A stretch of 63,327 nucleotides of DNA, filler included, from Octopus bimaculoides (Eukaryota), in NCBI RefSeq assembly GCF_001194135.2. It is 5 parts of 5 records of this genome, joined end to end, with 100 filler letters (N's around TTAATTAATTAA, not from the genome) between each part and the next. Parts side by side here need not be neighbours in the genome. Positions count along the whole stretch, not along the records: positions 12,391 to 43,351 come from NC_068993.1; 4 more parts are not named here. The stretch is one strand, 5' to 3'. Of the stretch, positions 15,056-26,579 are shown piece after piece (position 1 is the stretch's first letter; each line of letters opens with the position of its first letter). The translations under genes were made by a program, and so were the position numbers. The notes under the pieces were generated by a model. That model did not search any database and was not told the origin of the DNA. It saw nothing but the letters and a program-made list of their open reading frames with translations.

Positions 15056-15083
15056 CAGGTAGTATTCTTATGGATGTTGCAGC
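15056..15083 (-). CDS. Candidate 28-nt exon (GCNIHKNTTW), phase 1 in / phase 2 out
   Basis: ttagatttccag|gc...tg|gtattt. It joins in frame to 13783-13917. Confidence 0.2.
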
Positions 15084-15299
15084 CTGGAAATCTAAATTTT
15101 GCTTACGGAGACAGCAACTGAATATCGCCTGATGAGATACATATAGATCTTATACAGGTAAATCGTTAAATAATTTAATTTAAACTTAACTTTAAATCCT
15201 GTATATACGAGGATCTGTATGAATCGAAACATTTGTAGCGATTAAAAAGCTGCTTAACCGTACTTACTCTTTTAATTTTTACTTTATATCTATATATAC

Positions 15300-15520
15300 A
15301 CACACATCTGTAGTTGAAATTTATAGGAACTCTAAAGACGAAGACAGGTGTATGAACAACAAGCAGGTGTATTAGTTTGACACTCAGGAAAGTGAGAAAG
15401 TCTTTTACGTTTCGGGCCTACGCTCTTCAACAGAAAAGAATATGAGGAAATAAACAGAGAGAGAGAGAGAGAGAATAAAAAAGGAAACTTGTGGATTTAG
15501 CGATCAATCATAGCAACTAG
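15300..15520 (-). mobile_element. Interspersed repeat, probably Penelope-like-element derived, with hammerhead-like motif
   Basis: Second copy at 16705-16816; hammerhead-like core at 15401-15439. Confidence 0.55.
15401..15439 (-). ncRNA. Candidate minimal type I hammerhead ribozyme (variant core)
   Basis: Minus strand tctttt-CTGTTGA-a-gagc gtag gccc-GAAA-CG-TA-aaaga gives helix I, helix II with one mismatch, palindromic ACGT helix III and a GUA triplet. A6 of CUGANGA is U here. Confidence 0.45.
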
Positions 15521-16704
15521 TTGGGAAAAATTGTTTGACAGGAGAGCTAGGAAGAGAGGGAGAGAAAAATGTACTGGTGATCCCCAAACGGACATGTGTG
15601 TGCGTGTATGTGTATGTGAGAGTATGTAAGTGTGTATGTGGATAGGACCTAGTAACTTTGGTGTATGAATGTGTACGTGTGAGTGTGTGTGCGTCTGTAA
15701 TATGTGAGTGTGTGGGTGTGGTGTGAGGACGTGGGGGTGAGAATGGGGGCGTGGGGTGAGGATGTGGGGTGCGGCGATGGTTGAGGTATGTGGGAGTGGG
15801 ATGTGTGGGGGTGGAGTGTGGATGGAGGGGATATCAATGTAGAGAGAAGGTAGGTAGGAGTGAAGAGAGGAAGTAGGTGTCAGAGCAAGAGAGGAGAGGA
15901 GAGGCGGGTAGGAGTAAAGAGAGAAAGTAGGTGTCAGATGAAAAGAGGAGAGGAGGGGAGTGAGAAGAAGAGAGGAGAGGAGTTGAGCCCATGTGGAGCA
16001 AAAGAGCGAAGAGAGAAGATTAATTGACGGCGAAGGCGGGAGTGCGGAGGGCCCCAGTGCAAAGACAATCTGAACACAGGCAGGTGTTGTAATGAATGAA
16101 CGGTAGAGGGGAAATGGTGCAAAATCTGGGTGTCATTGCCGAGTCTATTTTTGATTGCATGTGATAAGCATCACCATACAACTGATAATTATTTGTAGAT
16201 CAAAATTATTGTTTGGCATTTTCATAACCATAATGGCGCTTTTAAAATTATTGTTTTTTTTTTTTTCCCGTTTTTACTTCATTAGAATCTTCGGCATACA
16301 GTTTAGCTTTGTTGGAGTATATTCACAAAGCAGGAGTATATTTACAGAATAAAAGAATACTACTCTGGTGTAAAATATCCTTATGTATGTATGTGTATGT
16401 TCTCTTCTGGGTTTAATTGTTTAAATTCTTCCTCTGAGGAGTGAGCTGATCTCTAACAAAGTTACAAAGATGTAGATAACGAAAATAATGTCACATTTTA
16501 AACTCGAGGAAAGTCTTGCATATTCCTACTGTTCCACTTATAGATTGTATTTGTAATGTGCGATTTAGTTGGTTGATTTCCTTTTCTTAAAATCCAAGCT
16601 TCTCCAGACGATCAGTTATACATTTAATCACAAAACCAAGTGATCCAATTATTATTGGTATAAATGTAAGTTTGCAATCTGTATGTATGTATGTATGTAT
16701 GTAT

Positions 16705-16816
16705 GTATGTAGTGAGAATTTACAATAAAACACCACAAAAGACGAAGACGAGTGTGTAAACAACAAACAGATGTACTAGTTTAACGCTCGAGAAGTGAGA
16801 AAGTCTTTTAAGTTTC
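16705..16816 (-). mobile_element. Truncated copy of the 15300-15520 repeat
   Basis: gacgaagac...aagtgagaaagtctttta aligns to 15330-15407 and ends inside the hammerhead-like motif. Confidence 0.6.
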
Positions 16817-17184
16817 TATGTATGCATGCATGTATGTATGTATGTATGTATGTATGTATGGATGGATGGATGGATGGATGGATGGATGCGTATGTGTGTA
16901 TGTGTGCGTGTGTCTTTTGTGTGAATATATGTATGTTTCCACTGGATATTCATATTTAGAATTCTCTTCCATATAATACTTTGTCTGCATTCACATTCTG
17001 TTACAAACTATTTTTATCACTTGCGAAGAGGTTTGATCGATGTGCTAGAAATATACTTAAATTTCCTTCAGTTCACAATGCGGTCTGAGTAAAGATTGGG
17101 TGATTACAGCTGGAACATCTTAATAATATATCTAATTCATTAGGACTCATCTTCGATACAGAGTAACAGTAATATATGTTATCC

Positions 17185-17579
17185 ACGAGTGGTTGTGTGG
17201 TAAGTAGCTTGCTTACCAACCACATGGTTCCGGGTTCAGTCCCACTGCGTGGCACCTTGGGTAAGTGTCTTCTACTATAGCCTCGGGCCGACCAAAGCCT
17301 TGTGAGTGGATTTGGTAGACGGAAACTGAAAGAAGCCCGTCGTATATAGATGTATATGTATGTGTGTATATGTTGTGTATCTGTGTTTGTCCCCCCAACA
17401 TCGCTTGACAACCGATGCTGGTGTGTTTAGGTCCCCGTAACCTAGCGGTTCGGTAAAAAGAGACTGATAGAATAAGTACTAGGCTTACAAAGAATAAGTC
17501 CTGGGGTCGATTTGATTCGACTAAAGGTGGTGCTCCAGCATGGCCGCAGTCAAATGACTGAAACAAGTAAAAAAAAAAA
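17185..17579 (+). mobile_element. Full-length tRNA-derived SINE with CORE-like domain
   Basis: Head gtggttgtgtggtaag...gggttcagtccc, CORE-like ccttgggtaagtgtcttctactatagcc, internal (TA/TG)n and tail gactgaaacaagtaaaa. At least 8 copies occur in the window. Confidence 0.9.
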
Positions 17580-17950
17580 TCACATGTTTCCAGGTTCATT
17601 CCAACTGTGTTGCATCATGAGCTAGTATCTTCTACTATAGCCTCGAGCCGATCAAAGTCTTGTGAGTGAATTTGGTAGACGGAAACTGAATGAAGCGGGT
17701 CGCATATATGTGTGTGTATATGTGTGTGCGAGCGCGCGTGTGCGTGTTTGTCCCCACTGCCGCTTGACAACTGGTGTTGGTGTATTTACATTCCCTTAAT
17801 TTAGCGGTTCAGTAAGAGAACCCGATAAAATAAGTACCCGGTATAAAAAAATATAAGTACTGGGTCCATTCATTCGAATAAAAGCACTTCAAGACGGTGC
17901 CACAGAATGGCCGCAGTCTAATGATTGAAACAAGTAAAAGATAAAAGATA
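17580..17950 (+). mobile_element. Second, more diverged copy of the same SINE in tandem
   Basis: Same order of blocks as 17185-17579, ending aagtaaaagataaaagata. Confidence 0.85.
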
Positions 17951-18029
17951 ATTGTGAATTTTCCAACGATATTTGTTAGAATGCTTCAATACTTACAACC
18001 TAGCTGGGAGTTTTCTTTTATTAGCTTCA

Positions 18030-18155
18030 ATGGAAAATTGATCAAAAACTTCACACACCATTTTCATCACACCTTCTGTAAATAAATTATGTAAAACACT
18101 ACAATATCACTTGGTATCACAATAAATAATGGTCAGATATTGAGTCAACAAATAT
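18030..18155 (-). pseudogene. Possible decayed sushi/CCP-like exon
   Basis: Acceptor cctaaccgcag|at att tgt (DIC). Downstream frame YQVIL*CFT*FIYRRCDENGV*S resembles the C-x-ENG-x-WS end of a CCP module with TGG>TGA. Several stops. Confidence 0.25.
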
Positions 18156-18633
18156 CTGCGGTTAGGTTAACGTTTGCTGAATTACGAAAATAGCATTTCA
18201 TTTTCCCCTGTCGTCGTCTGGATTTCTTGGAGAATATCTTTTAGATGAAATCCCTTCGTCAGATATACCTGGCTTAAAATGTAGAATGACTTAAAATGTA
18301 GAATGATTTTGAGCAGGATATATAATCCATAGTATACGTACATAGCATTTGACTGTTCTTAGAGACCGAATTAATCGTTCCATAAAGTAAGTTCACATCG
18401 GAAGCTGAGCTTTGGTTTCAGTTTTCTGATTAAACGATTTTCAGGATTCCTAGGTTTACCTGATGTACCGGTATCACGTTTATCTGATATGACCTTTGAT
18501 TATGACTAGAACTTGGAGTACCTTCCTAAATATGTTAACTTATTATTTTAAACGTTGGAAAACATACATTTAACAATAAATACAAGAGAAACGTCTCTTT
18601 ATACCAGCTTATGACTTATATATATATATATAC

Positions 18634-18669
<36 letters not shown>

Positions 18670-19041
18670 ATGCATGCACCAAAACCGTTTGAATCAGATT
18701 CCTTGGTACTCTAAGTTTTAAGCACGTGGCTGGTCTTCGGCCATTGGAGTCTGAATAAGAGTTAGATTGAAGAGAGTCAATGTCTATTACTGGACGTTAG
18801 CCTGCGATTGGTGGAGAAAGGCCATGTGGTATTGATGTCGGAAAATACCGCATGGTGAACAGGAAATCGACCGCGTGGTGGGAAAGATATCAGTTACGTG
18901 GTTTGTGGGAGGTAGGAAGGGGCAGTAGATGTGGGGATATATGTATATATGTACATGTATATGCCCATATATCTGCGTATATGTATCAGTACTTGTATAT
19001 ATGGTCACACACCTGCGCGCGCACACGCACATACACACATA

Positions 19042-19097
<56 letters not shown>

Positions 19098-19459
19098 NNN
19101 NNNNNNNNNNNNNNNNNNNNNNNNNNNNNNNNNNNNNNNNNNNNNNNNNNNNNNNNNNNNNNNNNNNNNNNNNNNNNNNNNNNNNNNNNNNNNNNNNNNN
19201 NNNNNNNNNNNNNNNNNNNNNNNNNNNNNNNNNNNNNNNNNNNNNNNNNNNNNNNNNNNNNNNNNNNNNNNNNNNNNNNNNNNNNNNNNNNNNNNNNNNN
19301 NNNNNNNNNNNNNNNNNNNNNNNNNNNNNNNNNNNNNNNNNNNNNNNNNNNNNNATATATATATATATATATATAAATTTATGTATATGTATATACATAC
19401 ATACATACATACATACATACATACATACATACATACATAAATGCATACATACTTATATA

Positions 19460-20270
19460 CATAGAAGCCCGCAGAAAAGCAGGAGCCTTATTATATACAG
19501 CGTACCGAAGCCCAAAGTAGACACAGGACAGAATATATTTACCCTGCTCAGAAAGCGTTCGTGGCCTGGCAGAGATAGAAAACTACTGTAAACTAACAGT
19601 TGGACTGGAAAATAGAAGTAAAAGTAGAATACTACTACATGTAATGAAGCATCACGAAGAAAATAAAACGCATTTCTCAATTCATTAAGAGGCAACAAAA
19701 TACAAATCAGAAACAAACTTCACTCATGCACAGATCTCAGATGACTACATAAGAGAAAGAGTCAAATAGACAAATAGTAACAGAAACAGAACTCCAAAAC
19801 ATACCAAAGAAGAAATGGAGAGAAAAATCATTCCATGGCCTATACCCTGCAAGACTTGACAGAGAAGAAGTGAGCCTATGTAAAAGTTAACAATGGTTTT
19901 GGACTAAAAGCTGGAACGGAAGGATTGATTCTCGCTGCATAAAATTGATTCCTGGTTATGAAAAACGAAAGAAACATAATGAAAACAGGCCCTAATATCA
20001 AATGCTGAATGCACAGCCAGCACAACCAGACAGTTGACCACTTTATCTCTGGCTGTCCGGTCCTTGCCAAATCTGAATACGTATATACAGATATGACCGA
20101 GTAAATAGTTATATCCACTGGACAATACGCCTACATTACAACATAAAACTAACGAGAAATGGTATAAACATATGCCAATCAAGATACATAACAATAACCA
20201 GGTTACAATCATCTGGGCTATGCCTGTTCAAACTGATGAACAGATAAAAACTAATTACTCAGACATTGGG
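19460..20270 (+). mobile_element. R4/Dong-clade non-LTR retrotransposon fragment (post-RT, CCHC, start of RLE)
   Basis: Broken frames IYLP..RGLAEIE, KWREKSFHGLYP and NQVTIIWAMPVQTDEQIKTNYSDI, followed by an (AAC)n mosaic at 20272-20390. Confidence 0.75.
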
Positions 20271-20539
20271 GGAAACAACAACAACAACAACAGCACCACC
20301 AGCACCAGCAACACCAACAGCAACAACAACAACAACAGCACCAAAAGCACCACCAGCACCAGCAACAACAACAGCAACAACAACAACAATATATTTATAT
20401 ACACACGTGCGCTGATGGTTTTAAGCTGTACTCGAGTAATGTTCCCGACACGAAGAGACAGTCAGAACTGGTCACAACATTCTCACGGGCCGTAGAAAAT
20501 ATTGTTCGCGTAAAGTGTTCATATTTTGTTGTCGAAGAT

Positions 20540-21550
20540 TGTCAACAAAGCGGGAAGTATGGAGGTCAATGGCCCGTCTATGGCTAGTAATGAATGATAA
20601 AAACACCTTGGAAATTACGAGAATATTGCTCATACTGGAGATGTGAATAAAACCAGAATGACATAAAACCAAACAAAAGGACAAAATTTAATAGGCTCCG
20701 GAAGGAGTTAACTGAATTCAATAAAAATATATTCCACAATACTTTCGTAGTATCAGAACTGCGTACTAAGATTGGGCACATTAAGGAGTACACAGTTTGG
20801 ATATCAGGTTTAGGAACATACCACACTAACCAGTAACTTCCATATGAATACTGATGAGACACGTACAAGATCTATTTAGATGCAGGGATTGAAGTAGAGG
20901 GAAAAAGAATCAGTCCAGATGGCTTTTGAGTACCGTTTCATGTTGCTTTGACGAGCATTTACTGAACAGAAAAGGAAGAAGTGAGTACATCGCATGTATA
21001 TCCAATAGCAAAGGTCAGAACATTATAAGATTAGGTGAAGGACTCCTGATAGTGTGAGTGTGAAACTGTTACATTTGAAACAAAGGTTTCTGGACTGATC
21101 TATTTAAGAAGAACTACTCGACATAACAACAGAACGTTATGCATTGGTATAGATGCTGCAAACTGGAAAATACCAACATTGACTTCTCCTGGACCTGCGA
21201 CAGATACATCATACTACATATAGAATATTACACATTCGCCACCCAAGGACACGATATAGTTACTTAATACTTGATCAACAAAAGAAATAAGGATGCCTCT
21301 AGACATCCATACTGCCACAGAAAATGTCGATAATGTCATGCCAGTATGGTTGATATCTCTCATATCATCAGCAACCGTCCAAAAATATCCGCAAGATAAT
21401 ACTTTCCCAAGAAGCATGGCGTTGTCGCTAATACCATCTGCAGTGCTATATGCAGGAAGGATTGTTGTGGCAGCCATACCAAAGGCACACCAAAATGCAT
21501 CCACGCTCTTAAAAGTAAAGTACACTAGTGTAACATTTTACATATTCTAA
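20540..21550 (+). pseudogene. Unidentified decayed coding-like block
   Basis: About 1 kb without microsatellites, with long frames broken by sparse stops (KELTEFNKNIFHNTFVVSELRTKIGHIKEYTVWISG...; PLDIHTATENVDNVMPVWLISLISS...). Family not recognised. Confidence 0.3.
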
Positions 21551-22019
21551 AAAACAGGCCCGGTCGAATGGGACAGAAGCTGATGTACACTCATTGTCGT
21601 AGATATCAGCTGCCTGGTGGATGCGAATGTTTTGTCATTATGCAGAAAAAATTAGAAATATATAGTACTTATGTCCAGATTATAGATTTTAATTTGTACC
21701 TATTATCATAAATGCAATCGCATTCGTAACAACAGAACTACATAAAAACCCTAAACGCTAGTTTTATTTTTCAGGAAGAACGGAGTAAACTATTACAAAA
21801 TCTCGATTAGTGGTACCACGAAAAATTGTCGAACAATCCAGTAATGCTCCAGTTAAGGTTCCTGGGCTGAACACAAGCACATTTACGTATACATATGGAA
21901 TACACAGAATTGATTGTTTCATTAATTGAGTTGTCAATTCGTTAATGTGCTGCATAAATAAACCAAGCGATCATCTGAGGAAAATAAATAAACTTAAGAA
22001 CTTTAATTCTTAAACTTAC

Positions 22020-22175
22020 CAAAACTTATCGTACCATTTTCTATCTTTATATGACGTATGCAAAAGTGTATTGGCTGAACTTCAGGAAACCTCAGCCATC
22101 TGCAAAAAAGTCTTCGTGTGCAGTTTCTTTTCGGATAATCGTTGTCCTTATTTGTTTGTACGTCGCATGTTATAT
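22020..22175 (-). CDS. Phase 1-1 exon, 4-Cys module (DITCDVQTNKDNDYPKRNCTRRLFCRWLRFPEVQPIHFCIRHIKIENGTISF)
   Basis: tcgtttgagtag|at and g|gtaagt. 156 nt, open frame, same D-I-x-C start as the other modules. Confidence 0.5.
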
Positions 22176-22213
22176 CTACTCAAACGAATTTGAAGAAAGA
22201 TTAAGAGACTTCA

Positions 22214-22265
<52 letters not shown>

Positions 22266-22558
22266 AAAAGAGAGAGGAAGACAGAGGGGGAGAGACAGAG
22301 AGAACATTAATGTAAACGCTTAAACATTTCTTACATATTAGATCGAATATATCTTATGAAGTGGAGGTAAAGCTTCAATAATGTGGGTAGTTTCAAATAA
22401 CAATGAAAACCATCCCATAGTGCTAATCAACATACATGATATTCCTTTCCATATGTTTTAAAATATTGGTTTGTCTGAAGGAAGCGACAGCACCCAAGAT
22501 ATTTACAGGCGCAGCAAGACTGGAAATATGGACAGGGTTGATACATACGTACATACAT

Positions 22559-22590
<32 letters not shown>

Positions 22591-23590
22591 GCACGTATAC
22601 ACACACACACATACACTCACACATGTATATGTACAATGTTTTATTTAAGCTGAAGGTAAGAGTTTGTCTCTCGACCTATGTTTCACATCACTGCGATCTT
22701 CATAGCCTCTGTAACATATGTTGAGCACTCATTTCTCATTCGTTCGAGATTGAGCAACATGCATATTATATATATATATATNNNNNNNNNNNNNNNNNNN
22801 NNNNNNNNNNNNNNNNNNNNNNNNNNNNNNNNNNNNNNNNNNNNNNNNNNNNNNNNNNNNNNNNNNNNNNNNNNNNNNNNNNNNNNNNNNNNNNNNNNNN
22901 NNNNNNNNNNNNNNNNNNNNNNNNNNNNNNNNNNNNNNNNNNNNNNNNNNNNNNNNNNNNNNNNNNNNNNNNNNNNNNNNNNNNNNNNNNNNNNNNNNNN
23001 NNNNNNNNNNNNNNNNNNNNNNNNNNNNNNNNNNNNNNNNNNNNNNNNNNNNNNNNNNNNNNNNNNNNNNNNNNNNNNNNNNNNNNNNNNNNNNNNNNNN
23101 NNNNNNNNNNNNNNNNNNNNNNNNNNNNNNNNNNNNNNNNNNNNNNNNNNNNNNNNNNNNNNNNNNNNNNNNNNNNNNNNNNNNNNNNNNNNNNNNNNNN
23201 NNNNNNNNNNNNNNNNNNNNNNNNNNNNNNNNNNNNNNNNNNNNNNNNNNNNNNNNNNNNNNNNNNNNNNNNNNNNNNNNNNNNNNNNNNNNNNNNNNNN
23301 NNNNNNNNNNNNNNNNNNNNNNNNNNNNNNNNNNNNNNNNNNNNNNNNNNNNNNNNNNNNNNNNNNNNNNNNNNNNNNNNNNNNNNNNNNNNNNNNNNNN
23401 NNNNNNNNNNNNNNNNNNNNNNNNNNNNNNNNNNNNNNNNNNNNNTATATGTGGCTGACCCCGAGGGGTGGATGTTACTGTTGCTTTTAGCCACAGGAGG
23501 ACATCTCCTCCAGCTGGCTATCGACACACATCTGTGTCCTGTCTGTATTTGCCAAGGGAAGTTATCTTTCCCATCTTGATCTACGATACG

Positions 23591-23741
23591 TACATACTCG
23601 AGTTTCAGGGTTATTTCCCTTCTTCAGCGTACGACAATCGCCGACCTTCGATGCAAAAGACATCCCTTGGCAAATATATATAACTTTTTCCAGTGAAATT
23701 ATTCACTGATATCGAAAAAGTGAGAACAAGCAATGTTAAGT
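23591..23741 (-). pseudogene. Decayed sushi/CCP-like exon
   Basis: With one 1-bp frameshift and one TGA it reads DLTC....KVIYICQGMSFASKVGDCRTLKKGNNPETRVC (4-Cys CCP spacing). The donor is degenerate. Confidence 0.4.
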
Positions 23742-24001
23742 CTCTGAACGAGGTATTAACAGTAACTGCACGATAAAGTGAACTATCTATCTATATATAT
23801 ATCTATCTATCTATCTATCTCTCTATCTCTCTATCTATCTATCTATAGATCGATCTATCGATATGTCTTTCACATCACGGCCCTATTATTCTTTCCACTA
23901 TCTCTTTGTGGAGAAATTCATATTTATGTTGAGAGTATGTTTATAATAGTTTGTCATCCGATCGCCCTTTGATGTTTTATTCCTGGGTGTGTACACATTC
24001 C

Positions 24002-24183
24002 CTAGATTACTTTCGAGTTGGGAGCCTTTATTTTTAAATTAAAGACAATCGGAATCTTATCCACTGGACTATTTGTAAATACAATCGTAAGAAAGTTCAC
24101 GCACCCAACAATAAAATACCCGATGATGACTGAAATCCAAACCGGGTAATTAGTTGTGTAACTGTTAATATTGAAAGTATATG
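24002..24183 (-). CDS. Transmembrane/cytoplasmic exon of the sushi/CCP-like gene
   Basis: Acceptor taatttttgtag|ca in phase 1. YTFNINSYTTNYP-VWISVIIGYFIVGCVNFLTIVF-TNSPVDKIPIVFNLKIKAPNSKVI* contains a 22-aa hydrophobic helix. Possible phase-0 donor aaa|gtaatc just before the stop. Confidence 0.55.
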
Positions 24184-25223
24184 CTACAAAAATTAGTTTA
24201 ATAGTCAGGGAAAATTATAATTTTAATAAGCAATAAAACATCTTAGAAATAAAAATACTTTATACATTTAATTAAAGAACGAGAAATTAAAATTAACTCC
24301 AGTTAAGGATTCTGTACACCCTTGGACAAGTGAACTAGATAATTTGATCAATTTTAAAATGATTTTTGTTTTATGTATTTTATTGTATATCGAAAATTCA
24401 TTAAAGTTTATTAAAAAAAAAAAAAAAGGAACAAGCAGAAATACTTCTGCAAAATATTATCAAGTAGCTTTGGATTACTTAGCACTTTAGATAAACTATT
24501 AAGTAGCTTCTTTGAAACAAGAAATGCTAATCCTGTCCTGTTCGAATTTTATGACTAAAACTTCGAAAATTTTATTCCAGATAGCATGTGCCTAATACAC
24601 GTCCAAGTATTCTATATTTTAGACTCTGTATTAGATGTTTTTTTCTTGATCTATTTTGTCAGTGAGCAGTTGTTTTTGTCTTTCCTTTTTCGGGTAATAT
24701 TCTTTGCTGGTTGGGAAATAATCTGTTTTTAAACAGATTTTAGCGATTTTAGAGGAGGAAATGACTATTTTCATCTTATAAATTCAGAAAAATCTACAGA
24801 TAAAAATGTACTCAGTATTAAGATTCCATCTCCTGCATGCTTTACATTTCTGGGGCACCACTATAAAGCTAAAATCTTGATTGTTTACTCGAAAAGAGTT
24901 TCTGAAACAAATCTGAATGAGATTTTGGCCAATTTATCACACTTGAATAAATATGCATTTTGTTCGAAATGTTTTTAATGAAAAGAGGTTTTGTAGTGCA
25001 AAACTAGAAGCAAAACCAACTTCTTTCAGTCTTCTTGCAATGGTCCAAATAGGAAGTCTTGTAACCAGTAATAATAAACACTTTCTATATTACATATCTC
25101 TGATGAGCTGACAAAGAGCCGGGCACGATATAAGGGACTAAAGCTTTTAAAGTTACTCTAGCACGCTAGAGTTAGTAAAATAATAAAATAATAAAAGAAT
25201 TAAGAATATTTTATTAAACTTAC

Positions 25224-25358
25224 TACAACCGTGTCGAAATTTCTGTGGTGAGCAGGATCGAATGTGATTAAAATTACCGACGATTTCAGTTTTAGTACAA
25301 AAATAACTGAAATTTGTTGACTGACTGCTTCCATTATTCGTCATTGTACAGGAAATAT
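25224..25358 (-). CDS. Sushi/CCP-like exon 3 (DISCTMTNNGSSQSTNFSYFCTKTEIVGNFNHIRSCSPQKFRHGC)
   Basis: cttttaaacag|at ... a|gtaagt. 135 nt, phase 1-1, four Cys in CCP-like spacing with Y-x-C. Confidence 0.7.
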
Positions 25359-25667
25359 CTGTTTAAAAGATTCCAGTTAATTTAATATAATAATATTTTA
25401 TTGTGTAATTTTAGAGAAACATTATTTCATGTAATGGGACTCAGTCGCATAGCACATTGAATTGCCGAGGCATTCAGCATTATATTTTAATATTAATTTC
25501 GACAATTGGCACTGTCATGGTATTAGCTGTCATAAATGAAAGTAGAAAAATCCAAACAAGGAATGTTACTGCTGGTTTGAGTTGAAATCTGTTTCTTTGG
25601 CTACTGACTGGCCGGAGCTATCTGTCGGTCTGTCTCTCTCCCCCCCCCCTCTCTCTCTCTCTCTCTA

Positions 25668-25988
25668 TCTATCACTCGTCCACCTTCGTTTGTTTCCGTA
25701 GAATTTATCAAATTAGAAAATGCGTTTCCGTAGAATTTAAACAAATGAAACTACCAATGACCACCACCACCACCACGCGTAATCAAAAGTTGGAATTAAT
25801 CACCGCGATATTGCCATCGCCACCGCTACAACAGAAAATAGTATTAATTGGCTTAAGAGACATGGACTTTTAAATACCCCAAAAATATGCCCCTCGTGTG
25901 GAGCTAGCATGATGGAAGTAGCCAAAAAGTTTTTTTTTTCTAATTTGATAAATTCTACGGAAACAAACGAAGGTGGACGAGTGATAGA
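25668..25988. mobile_element. MITE/foldback with perfect 53-bp inverted arms
   Basis: 25668-25720 is the exact reverse complement of 25936-25988. The outer arm ends contain TA next to microsatellites. Confidence 0.8.
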
Positions 25989-25989
25989 G

Positions 25990-26052
<63 letters not shown>

Positions 26053-26579
26053 TAGATAGATACATAGATAGATAGATAGATAGATAGATACATAGATNNN
26101 NNNNNNNNNNNNNNNNNNNNNNNNNNNNNNNNNNNNNNNNNNNNNNNNNNNNNNNNNNNNNNNNNNNNNNNNNNNNNNNNNNNNNNNNNNNNNNNNNNNN
26201 NNNNNNNNNNNNNNNNNNNNNNNNNNNNNNNNNNNNNNNNNNNNNNNNNNNNNNNNNNNNNNNNNNNNNNNNNNNNNNNNNNNNNNNNNNNNNNNNNNNN
26301 NNNNNNNNNNNNNNNNNNNNNNNNNNNNNNNNNNNNNNNNNNNNNNNNNNNNNNNNNNNNNNNNNNNNNNNNNNNNNNNNNNNNNATACTTGCTGCGGTT
26401 CGCTCGTAGCAATGTTATAGGATTAGATTATTGCATAAATATGTGATTGATATAAAGAAAGAAAGAAAAAAAGCGAAGATGAAGGAAGAAAGGGAGACAG
26501 TCATTTTCCAATCCAATATATCAGGACATGCTAAAAATAACAAAAGTACTTTTAAATTAGTCGCCATTATTTTACAAAA

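Noticed and set aside
25109-25140. CTGATGA followed by a gct/agc stem
   Set aside because: The GAAA half of the core is missing (cgggc).
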